Origin: Camelus ferus
Lineage: Eukaryota
Length of the DNA stretch: 64,000 nt
Direction: 5' to 3'
Assembly: GCF_009834535.1 (NCBI RefSeq)
Contig: NC_045703.1
Coordinates: 73,160,001 to 73,224,000 of the forward strand
The notes beneath the pieces are model-generated. The model saw only the letters and a program-made list of their open reading frames with translations. It did not search any database and was not told the DNA's origin. Position numbers and translations under genes: made by a program. Every line of letters starts with the position of its first letter. The stretch's first letter is position 1. Positions 50,156 to 60,694 of this stretch are shown here, in pieces.

Positions 50156-52336
50156 AAAAAAACAAAAATTAAAGTTCACTATTTATTTATGTTATTTATT
50201 TATCAATAAATCCAGATCAGAAGAAGTGAATTTTTTATTTGCAGGCAATAAAATGCAATAGAATCCAAAAAAAAGCTAGTAGAATGAGTAAGTGAAGTGA
50301 GTCTAGCAAATTACAGGATATAAGATCAATGGTCAAAATAATTTGTATCTCTATATATTGGCAACAATTACTGAGAAATTGGAATAAAAAATGCAATTCC
50401 ATTTATGATAGCATAAAGATACAGAATACTTAGAAATAAATATGATAACTCATGTGCAAAAACATACAATGAAAACTATAAAACCAGCGTGCAGCGTGAG
50501 AGAAATGAAAGATGATCTAAATGAATGAGACAGACCTTGTTTGTGGGTCAGGAGACTCAATACTGTTAAATATCAATTCGTTCTAAGTTGAGCCTTAGAT
50601 TTAATGCGATTCCATTAAAAATCTCTGCAGGCATTTTTTTGCTGAAATTGACAAACGATCCTAAAATTCATCCAGAAATGCAGTGGGTCTTGAACAACAA
50701 AACGACTCTGAAAAAGAAGAACTAAACTGGAGGAATAACACTACCTCATTTCAAGATTTATTATAAAGCTACAGTAATCAAGACAGTGTGTTTCTGCTGT
50801 GAAAGCAGAACAGATCAGCGGGACAGAGTAAAGGGTCTAGACATAGATCCATGCATTTATAAACATTTGCTTTTTGAAAAGTGTTTTTATAGGCAACTCA
50901 GTGGAAAATAATAAATAACTTCAACCAATGTTCCTGGAAAAACTGTATATCCATATACCCAAAACAAGCAAACACATCTTTGACCCATACCTACTGCACT
51001 ATATACAAAGGCTAATTCAAAGTAGATTATAGACTTAAATGTAAAACCTAAAAAATATACAATTCCTAGAGGAAAACAGGAGAAAAATTTTTATGACCTT
51101 GAATTAAGTGAAGGTGTCTTAGATATGACACCAAAAGCATATCTCAAATAAAACAAAATAAAACAAACACATACACAAAGCAAAGCTGACAAACTGGACT
51201 TCTTTAAAATCAAAAACTTCTGCTCTTTGAAAGGTGCCGTTAAGAGGATAAAAAGGCAAGCCGCAAGCCTGGACAGAGGAAGTGCTAATCACGTGTCTAT
51301 GTTAGGTCTGTGTCTCAAAAGTGTGTAAAGAACTCTCAAAACTCAGCAAGGAAACAAACAAGCCAACAAAAATTGGGTGGAAAACGTGGACAGGCACTTC
51401 TCCAGGGAAGACACGTGGGTACAGACACACACATGAAGAGACGCATATCACCACTAACCCTTAGGAGAAGGCGAATGAAAACCGCGCGGAGAGCCCACTG
51501 CATGTGCATTAAGGCGGCTACACTAGAAAGCCTGGCCAGCCAGGGCCGCCAGGGACGGGAGGGAGCGAGGGCGCGCGCCGCGGGGGGCGCAGGGGGCACA
51601 GCCGGAGGGGAGGCCCGGCGCCCCGCTCTCGGAAGCCGCGCGGGCCCTGCTGCGTGGTTTGGCTCCTCCCCTCCCAGGGATTCGCTTATCGGGGGTGAAA
51701 GAAAGCCTGCGTGGTGCCAAGACTTGGACACAGGCCGTCACAGCAGTTTTACGTGTATCAGCTTGGCACGGAAGACGACCGCCGTCCCCAGGGGAAGGTG
51801 AGTGGACGAAGACAAACTGCGGCGTCTTGACAAACCGCAGCAGTGCGCAGAAGGAAAGGAAGCGGCTGTTGATCACGAAACCCCAAGGAGACTCTCGCAA
51901 TAGTGACACGCCACGAGAGGAGCCGGGCCAGGAGTGCTTACTGTTGATTTTGGTTCTCTTAAACGCTAGAAAATGCGAGCTTCTCCGTAGTGACAGGAAG
52001 CAGCTTGGTGCTTGTCTGGGGCAGTTACAAGGGGACAAGGAGACATTTCCGAAGGTGACGCATGTCCACCGTCTTAACTGTGATGGTTTCACGGGTGTGT
52101 CCACATGTCAACACTCACCCAAAGTGGGGAGGGGATCGCTGAGCGGTGGGGCGCATGCTTAGCACGCATGAGGTCCCGGGTTCAGTCCCCAGTTCCTCCA
52201 AAAAAATAACTAAATAACTAAATAAACCTAATTACCCCCCCTGCAAAAAAATTAAAAAAAAAAACTCATCCAATTGTGTACTTTAAATATGCAGCTTTGC
52301 ATTTATCAATTCTACCTCAATAAAGTTGTTTAAAAA
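49600..52336 (+). mobile_element. Old L1 (ORF2 RT region to 3' end) with internal deletions
   Basis: Track ORF 49649..49831 TLITKLGKDIRSKENYKAISFMH matches the L1 RT motif TLIPKPGKD..KENYRPISLMN; A-rich strand; 3' end CTACCTCAATAAAGTTGTTTAAAAAA at about 52314-52338. Confidence 0.88.
52126..52260 (+). mobile_element. tRNA-derived SINE nested in the L1 3' end
   Basis: GCGCATGCTTAGCACGCATGAGGTCCCGGGTTCAGTCCCC head; TSD AACACTCACCCAA (52110-52122) / AAAACTCATCCAA (52261-52273) duplicates the L1 sequence at the insertion point. Confidence 0.88.
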
Positions 52337-52562
52337 ACAACTAAAGTTTCCAGCAGTAATTTCTTCCGTGTTTATGACACCAACTTGAAATATAGCCGGT
52401 TTCATTTGCCTTCAATTTTTAAAAATGTATATACTTCCCACTGTGAAACAGGGAACATTTGCAGAAATCTCACTTGTACCCCCCCTTACATCAAGATAAC
52501 ATTTTTTTCCTTAAATAAAGTTTTGGTTTATTTTCCACTGATTTCTTTTGAAAATATCATGG

Positions 52563-52614
52563 AGTGTGTGTGTGTGAGTGTGTGTGTACACACACACACT
52601 CACACACACACACT
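52563..52614. repeat. (GT)n-(AC)n inverted repeat / palindrome
   Basis: Arms pair fully apart from a 2-nt bulge; centre GTAC. Confidence 0.9.
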
Positions 52615-54251
52615 TGTAATGCACACAAACACATGCACACTCTCACACGGACACACACACACGGGCTCACGCTGCACCCTCGCCGACAGCCCGTCCTCCC
52701 GTCCCAAGCACGGGGGGGTCTGGCAGGGCTGTCTTCCCCGGGCCTGGACATCTGGTCCTGGCGTGTCATCAGGATCACGGGGCGAGGAGTCGGCTGGTGA
52801 TTTATAAGGTGCTGTTAAGTCGGGACCTCCCTAGGGCCCCAGGCCCAGCTGTCACATGGTTTAGGAGCAGGGAGATTGATGCTCTGCACCTGGGTGAGTG
52901 CTCACAATGGCGGGCTGGCGTCAGGCCTGTGGGGCATGAAGACCCTACTGGGAATTTGGTTTGGACTCCGCAGAATCCGAAGTCCCTGCACCCGTCTCGG
53001 TGGCTCCTAATCAGAGACCGGGTGTGTTCTGTGTGGATGCTCCGGGGGGGCCCTCTCTGAGGACTGGTCCCGTAGCACCATCTCTCCTTTACCTGGAGCC
53101 AGCCGTACCTGCATGCGCCCTGTGGCTCATATCTAACACGGCTCCTGAGGCCCGAGGCCTGGGAGTCTCGTTTCTACTCCTGGTGCCCAGGGAGATGTGA
53201 ACTGCGGGGAGTCTGTTCCCTTTTTAAAGGCACAACATCTGCCACAGCATTTTTGGTGGTGGTGGGGTGTTGACATGAGCACGCTCCCATCTGGGACCTT
53301 GACGAGAACTGTGTCCCCCCACAGTGGCCCCTGTGTCTCTAGAATCATTTAGGAAAGTTGAAGACATTGCCAACTAGAAAACCAGTCTGCCAGGTCCAAA
53401 CTTTAACTTAATCTCCCTCACATCAAAAAGCAGAGGCAGGGAGGCGTCAGTGTGATCTATACACACATTTTTATTGAAAACATACACAAATCATTAATAT
53501 ACAATAAATGATAGTATAAATATTAATAACTATACATATGCATATGTGTATCTATGTATGTGTGTACATATATAGAGAGACAGTTCAGTGGGTCCTCAAA
53601 TGCTCTCAAAAAGTAGTTTATTGCTTAAGATCCATGATTTATAAGTGTGTTTCTAAATGTGCAAAGTATTAAAAAATATTCTTTGAGGATGGTCAGGAAC
53701 CACCCCCACTCCCCAGGGTGAAAAAAAAGAAATAAAGCTTTTTTTCATTCTCAAAGTCACTGGTTCAAATTGTAGCCAATGTTGGAAATGGGGTCCAGGT
53801 GCTGGCGATGACAAGTCTGACACTTTCTGGAACACGCTCTCTGTTTATGTAATAAAAGTATGTTTTGTTTGTCAAACAAAATTCTGGCATGTGAAATCGA
53901 GCTTTGTTTGAGGTAGTTGGTGTTGAAAAGAGTCTGGCTCCCATGAAAACTGCCTGGTTGTGGGCGGACAGAGCAGCCTTGGGGTTAGACAGAGAGCCGG
54001 AGGGTTAGCTGTGGTGAGGCCGTCCCCCCATTCCCCTAGAGTCTGGAGTCTGCGCAGCTCAGGGGTCTGGAGAGCCCAGGGCAGAGTAGAACTGGTCACT
54101 CAAAACAGTGTCCAGTGGACACAAGTCCAAGAAGAAGGTCTCTCCAGAAATTCCCAAAGCCTGGTGGTGCTCACCACATGGCCGGTGGGTCAGAAGACAA
54201 GTTCAGGGCCTTGATCAGTGGGTGAGGGGGGAGCAATCCCATTGCCAGATG

Positions 54252-54906
54252 TGTCGCTGGTGGATGTAGCCAGCGTCCAGCTTCTTGTCCCGTCGTAGAA
54301 AGAGTTCAGAGACAAGACGTGGAGGTCAAGAAAGTAAAGTGAGGATTTATTAAGGGATGGATAGTCCACTCTCAAGGGGAGAGAGGGCAGACTCAGGTGA
54401 GCAGCTGCTCTGGGTTTCTTCGGCAAGTTGGTTACAAAGGGTGTAAAAATGAACGGGCGGAATATTCATTAAGGGGGGTGGTTTGGGGTCGTGTTCCCTG
54501 ATCTCCACCCCAGCTCTACCTTCCCGAGGGGAGGAGGGATTGTGTCCTTATTTAGTCTGGATCAGAATTGTGTCCTTATTTAGTCTGGATCAGAATTGTC
54601 ATGGCCTCGGTGCATGATGGGGACTTCTGATCTGCAAGGCTAGTGTTACTGTAATGAGGGCGTAATGAGCAAAAGGCTACATTCAGACCCTGGAGGTTGC
54701 TGCCTTTTCCCACCTTTCTTTGTCGGCCTTCAGGCCGCTTGTTACCCAGAAATTGTGTGACCGCTTATCGGTCCTGAGGTTCGTGCTTTTCTTTCTCTGC
54801 CCGGGGACCCCTGTTGTTTACATGATGTGTGGTTTCCTGCATTTGGCCCGGCCCCTCCTTTCTGCCCAATTCCTGCCCTTTGGCCTGTGTCCCCCTTCCT
54901 CTGTCA
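54252..54906 (-). mobile_element. ERV1-like solo LTR, about 655 bp
   Basis: TG...CA termini; minus-strand AATAAA at 54351-54346 near the U5 end; overall layout resembles MER4/MER51-group LTRs; no primer-binding site or internal ERV sequence follows. TSD not clean, so the ends may be off by a few bp. Confidence 0.75.
54539..54594. repeat. Perfect 28-bp tandem duplication inside the LTR
   Basis: ATTGTGTCCTTATTTAGTCTGGATCAGA x2, plus a partial third copy ATTGT. Confidence 0.97.
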
Positions 54907-57900
54907 TGTCCAGCTGTCTGCCTGTGGTAATAGGTGAGGGGGTGTCTGCTTCCACGTTACTGATGTCACGACAGTTAGAAACAGCACCAGTGGCCCCTTC
55001 CCTTCCCTCCCGCGCTCGCTCCTTCACAAAACACTGGCCGGGTCTCGGGGACAAGCTGTGCACTTTATCGCTGTTTCTTACATCAGCCCACATGCAGCCA
55101 TTCAGGAGAGTGAGATGTCCGTCTGCAGCAAGTCATTCAGTGAATGAAGCTGACCACACACACGTACATTATTGTCTTATTTTGGTAGAAAAATATATAA
55201 TAAAAAATGTGGATGCTTATCCCAGAATGATTGCTATGGGCTGGACACTGGTCAAACTGACTGTCCTTCTGGGCGGCAGGGTTTTGGGTCACTGCACCTT
55301 TTGGGGGGTACTTCCCGTAGGGACTGTATTTTTGCAGCACACGTGTATGCACACATGTGTATTGAGGCAAAGACGAAGCAAGGCCATTTCAACACTGAGT
55401 ACATGTTAGAACCCTGCGGCCTCGGCAGAGCTTCAGGACTAATGTGCTGAGCGGGGCTCACGGGGAAGGGGACGCCACTGAGCTGGAGCCTCTAACAAAC
55501 GCCCCTCACCCGTTTGAACGGCAGCCTCTCGGGCACAGCACGTGCAGAAGCGCTGTGGGCCTGCTGTGCTCATGGTGGAGGAGAGACGGTCAGGCCGGGG
55601 ATCCGGGAGGCTCTGGGACATTGACCGCACGGGGAAACAGCCCCTGTGTGGTGGCCGAGCTGGTCAGCTGCAGAGTCATCACTGGGGGGGTCTCAGTCCC
55701 GGTCGCACTGGGCCTGCCTGGGAACTTAGAGAGGCTAATACAGTGACCTGACTGAGGTTCCAGCCGGTTCCGGCTGCAGCACGGCCATCAGGACTTCCAA
55801 CGTGCTGCCAAGGTTGGGGTCACTGTCCTCTGTCACCCCCTCCACCCCTGGCTTCTTGGGCTTGAGTGGGCGCTGGGGGCTCCCCGGGTCAGCGGGAGGC
55901 CAGGAGCGCGGAGCGGCTGGAGAGGAGGCGTGCCGGTGCGGACAGGGCCCTGGGACGCTGAAGCAGCTCTCTGACATTCCTAGTGCCCTTTACCTGGTTT
56001 GCGCCGTCAGGGGTTCAAGGTGAGCGCGCCGCTGGGCGAGGGGCAGCTCTGTTCTTGGCTGGAGCCTCTAAATGAACACCTGGTCTCGCTACAATTGGGC
56101 TTCAGTCAAGTCTCACCCCTACTCCAAGCAGGATTATTATTTTCATTTTTCATCCTGAAAATTATTTGCAGATTTGCTGGCTCACTGGCTCTCCGAGAGT
56201 TTTGCAACTCCACTTCAAATTGTGTTTTGCAAGATTCTGGCAACTACTACGCAAAATGAGGAAAGAGTGCTGAGTTGGAAGGATCCTTGTTTTGCAAGAG
56301 AGAGCTCCGGACCCGGATGTGGAAAACAGTGCGCTGTTACCTGCTGAGAGCCGTGCTCCGCCCTGGTCTCATTCTTTCCACAGCAGTGTGCCATCCCTTG
56401 GTCCTTTCCGTCCCCTCTTTGAATTTTAAGGAAAATTGGAAGAATGGGAATCACTTAAGTTTCTTTACTCTCAGTGCACGAAGCGCCTCTTCCTGGCGGG
56501 AGGACGTGCTCTCTCCCGGGGGCAGGAGCGCGTGAGACGCTCTGGGAGGTGCTTTCTGCTGCACGGCGGGTCTCCAATCCGGCTGCGAGTTAAAATCAGG
56601 AGGAAGAAGGGCACTTCTGCCTGGCTTCCCGGGACCCCCAGGGGCCAGGGGGACTCTGTTGGAGGAAGGTGGGGGCTGTGTGTTCCTCTATTCAGACGGG
56701 CTGTGAGCATGGCCTCGGGAGAACCGGCGCCCCTTCCCGGGTCCCCTCCTTGCTCCCCCGGAGCGTGTCCCGGGGACAGACTGTCGGCGTGTGGTCCTCT
56801 CCCTTTCACGTATCCACGTGGATTCCAGGGTCAGAACCAAAACCCAGGGCCAAGGTCACAGCAGCAACGGGAAGCAGGAACGAGGCCACCTGACTGAGTG
56901 GGCCTGCCATCAGGACCACCTCAGGGAGCTTCCTGAATCCCCGTGGAGAGAAATGGCTGCGAAGCCAACAGTCATTGGTGCCACCTGCCTGCTGGCCTGT
57001 CTGTGCCTCCATGGTTCGTTTCCACCTCACCTGCCTCTCGGTCTCCGGCGAGACCCCCCAGCCCACTACCATTTACTGGGCTGTGGGGGTGAGGCAACGA
57101 GGGGGCTCCCCACAGCCACAGCAGGCTCCCTCCCTCGGGGTGCCCTCCAGTCCCCGTGACCACGTCCACACCTGGCCCCCTCCGGGTCTCCGAGGCACCC
57201 CTCGCGGCTGCGCTGGGCAGCACCATGTGGGCCCCCTCCAGCTGGACTCGCCCCACTTTCCACAGCCGTGTCCCGCTGGCTTGCAAGTGGAGGTGCCTCC
57301 TCCAGCCTGCGCCCTGTGGTGGCTGCCTGCCCCCACCCCGTCCCCGTGGCTTCTGTCTCCGTGTCTGTGAGCCGCCTCAGTGCTACCGCGCCCCACCCTG
57401 TGCACACTGTGCTCTCCTCCCTACAGGGTGCTCAGGTCCTCCCTGAGTGAAGGAAAGCGCACCCAAGCGCCGTCCACTCCTGTGCGCGGGCAGGCGGCTG
57501 AAGATCCTCCGAGACTCCCTCGGGCATTTAAATCAGGGAAAATGTTCAGACAGGCTTCTTATTTGCCCTTGTAAAGGCCGGGGGTTAAGCTCGCCTTCCC
57601 ACAGTCCTCCTTTCTCTCACCTCCTCCCAGGCGCCGGGAGGAGTCTGCGGGATGCGGACAGACCCTGAAGCTGGCGCACCGCGGCTCCCCATCCCGGAAG
57701 GAGCCGCTGTTCCCGTTCCTCCCGTGTGGTCTGTGCGCACGAAACGGAAGCCTGCGTCTTCCGTCAGCGCATCGTGTGTGCCAGACCTGGTGCAGAGATA
57801 CACACACGTCCACCTTGTCTTTTGCGGCCGGTTTTGTTTTCCTACAACATAAAATCAGAATCAGCACGTACTTTCCGCTGTGTGCATAACCGAGCCATTA

Positions 57901-58166
57901 GTATTACATCAGAGCTGACTATGAGGTTTATGTGTTTCTATGGCAAACCTATGTTCAGTGCCATGAGAAGACTGTGAGCTGCTGTATCTCCATAAACCAT
58001 CTGTTTAATACTTGGCATTACTTTAATTTGATAACAGGGCTGCTGTTGCTTTTTATCGTTTCAATAAAGTAGCCCCCAAAGTTTTAACCACTCAGAGATG
58101 TGCTGGGGCGATGGGGTCTGGAAAGCTCCAGAGGTGGGGGTAAAGGTCGAAAGGGGACCTCCTCTG

Positions 58167-58197
58167 TGCAGTGTCGCCACGTGCCACCAGGGGGCAG
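58167..58197 (+). promoter_or_regulatory. CTCF core plus upstream motif (forward orientation)
   Basis: TGCAGTGTC-GCCAC-GTG-CCACCAGGGGGCAG: exact core at 58184-58197 with a TGCAG upstream module at the spacing I recall for ZF9-11 sites. Confidence 0.65.
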
Positions 58198-60280
58198 ACT
58201 CAGGCCACACTGGACGTGGTCCAGGGTGTGGAGGACTGACCCGCCCAGGCCAGGTCGGAAGGAGTCTGGGGTGCAGAAAGGCCCTCCCTGCCGGCTCCTT
58301 CCCCTCACCCCGGCCGGCCAAAGCCAACGCCCCCTCGGACAGCAGGACCCGGGGAGGTCCAGGTGTGAGGCCTGCAGTGGCAGGTGCCTGAGGATGGGGA
58401 CAGGGGACGGGGCTCTTCCCAGCCGCCCCGGCCAGCAGTGGGGGTGGGGACCTGGGGCCTTCTCACCCCTTCCCTGTCACAGCCTGCGGACCTGGGATGT
58501 GAGGACGTCATGCTTTAGGAAAACACCTTGCAAACCGTTACTTTGCAAAGCTGGCTTGGAAAGGAGACTTTGGTCGGACAGTGCAGCTGCCCGACCCTTG
58601 CTGTCGTTTGCTGAGAGGAGAGGCCGAGGCGACCCTGGGACCCGCGTGGTGCCCGTGGGGAAAACCTGAGCCACGGGACCCGGCAGGAGGCGCTGCAGCA
58701 GGTGTGAGCCTCTGCCGGGTCCAGGCGGGTGGGCTGGGCCTGCGCCCCCCTCCCAGCCCCTGGTCAGCCTCCCGCGTGGCTGTCACTTATTCCAAAGCCA
58801 CGCCAACGACTGGGGCTGCAATATTTGAAAGCTGCCCAAGGCGTGGTCCTGATTACAAAGTGCCTCCCGTCAGCCCACAGGACAGGGCTGAGGGCTGAGG
58901 GGACCCCCTGCGATAACCGATCAACCTCAGTCCCAAAAGAGCATCACATGACAGGCCTGAGGCCGACCTCGACCAGCGTTTCTGCTCTAGGAAAGCCGTG
59001 TGCCCCTCATTGCCGGGGCGGCGGGTGACTTGCGCGTGTGGGTGTGCTCACTGTTGACGGGGCTTGGCGGGGAAATCACAAAATGCGTGACAGTGCTCTG
59101 CGTGCAGCCCGCCCTTTCGTCTTAGTTAATCTGAAGTGGCTTGAGGGGGTGCCAGGAGCAGATGCTTCCCCGCACCCCGAGGTGCTGCGTTTTCCTGGGA
59201 GAAGCTTGGACAAAGTGCACCTGGGCACAGGCGCCGTCACCGGCATCCTGAGACGGGGCACGCCGTCGGCATGTCCTCGCTGGCGGCCCCTCCCCGGGGC
59301 TCAGCAGCCCGCCGGGGAGGCCAGAACAGGCCTCGTTGCGCCCACCGTGCAGAAACGACCTGACTACCAGGAGTCGTGGCGAGGTGTGCGCCTTATCCGC
59401 GTACCGTGCGGTGGGCCTGCCGTGAGGACGTGGCTCTGACGATGGTGGTTACACCCGGCCGGCATCTCCGAGGGCTGCGGGGCGGCGGCGGGGCCAGAAG
59501 CAGGCGAGTCACTGACCCACAAACACCACGAAGTCAGACGTCCACGCGTCTGTAGGTTGTCATTTCTTACTGGCAGAGACAGGCGGCCTCCTTTTGTTCC
59601 TAAATTCGAGGGGCCATGCCAGGTGGGGCGCACGGCAGCCTGAGATAAAAGGAAACCCAGCAGTCCTACCCCGTCCTAACTTAAACTTTGGTGTTGCGCT
59701 CTCTGTGGAGTTTTGCATTAGTTTGATTTTTTTCAAATACTGGTTTTGCTGTCATTTGTCTTAGGACTGAGTTTTCAGTTGCCTCCCTCTCCTCACCTCA
59801 GTCCCAGCCCAGCATGGACCTGGTTTGGCTCCAAAAACCATTCCTTCTTCCAAAGGATGACCTTTAACACGGCGAAACAGTCACAGAAAAATAGACCGGA
59901 CACTATCGGCTTCCCTGTGACAGGACGGGGCTGTCCCTTGGCTGTGACAGGGGTGGGCCAGTCCCTTTGCAGCTTCCCTTCTGCGGAGGCTGCGATGGGC
60001 CCAGCGGCCGCTCTGCTTCTGCCAGGGCTGTGCGGGCAGCTCCAGGCCACCCTCGAGCCCCGTGTTGTCACTTGAAGGTGGAGCCACGTCCGCGTCCCAC
60101 TGGCTTGGAGCCCCGGCCCCTGGTCCTCCACCTCAAGACACCTGTGTGTATCGCTCCCACCTGGCCTGCACCCCTCACTCCATCATTGCTGCCACCATTT
60201 TGGTTGTGGATTTGTCCGTTCTCACCCCAAAGCCAAAGTCAAACTTCCTGACTATGATGCGGATTCCTGACAGAGTGTGG

Positions 60281-60594
60281 GTGCCTGCGTTTCCCGGGGC
60301 TGCTGGAACGAAGACCCACAGCCCGGGTGCTCAGAACAGCAGAACCCATCCCCCACAGCTCTGCAACTGAGGTCCCTCCAGGCGCCCCTTGCCCTGGCCT
60401 GTCCCGTGGTGCTCTGGGGGCCCTGCTCCTCCCAGAAGGACGTCGTCATGGGACGGGGCCTGTCCGACCTCTAGGATGACCCCCATCTTACCTGATTTCT
60501 TCTGCGGGGACCCCATTTCCAAATAACTCTGACTGTCAGATACCAGGGTTGGGTGTGGACACATCCTTCTGGGGACAAGCTCACCCCATCACGA
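60281..60594 (-). mobile_element. MLT1 (ERVL-MaLR) solo LTR, diverged
   Basis: GATGACCCCCATCTTACCTGATT...GACCCCATTTCCAAATAA...GGGGACAAGCTCACCCCATCAC matches the reverse complement of the MLT1 5' end. Confidence 0.72.
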
Positions 60595-60680
60595 GAGGGC
60601 AGGTGCAGGCGTGCCTCCCATGCGGGGGCTGCGCTCTGCTCAGACTCAGTTTGGGTCCCAGGACGGGGAGGGAGGATCCG

Positions 60681-60694
60681 CCACCAGGTGGCAC
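60681..60694 (+). promoter_or_regulatory. CTCF core motif (forward orientation)
   Basis: CCACCAGGTGGCAC, exact match to the core consensus. Confidence 0.55.

Noticed and set aside
42461-53477. Identical 17-mer ACACACATTTTTATTGA at 42461 and 53461, exactly 11,000 nt apart
   Set aside because: A low-complexity word with unrelated flanks; a chance match of this length is plausible in 64 kb.
54720-55409. 229-aa ORF starting inside the LTR
   Set aside because: Non-ATG start, no gag/pol/env similarity, and it runs through LTR and old repeat sequence.
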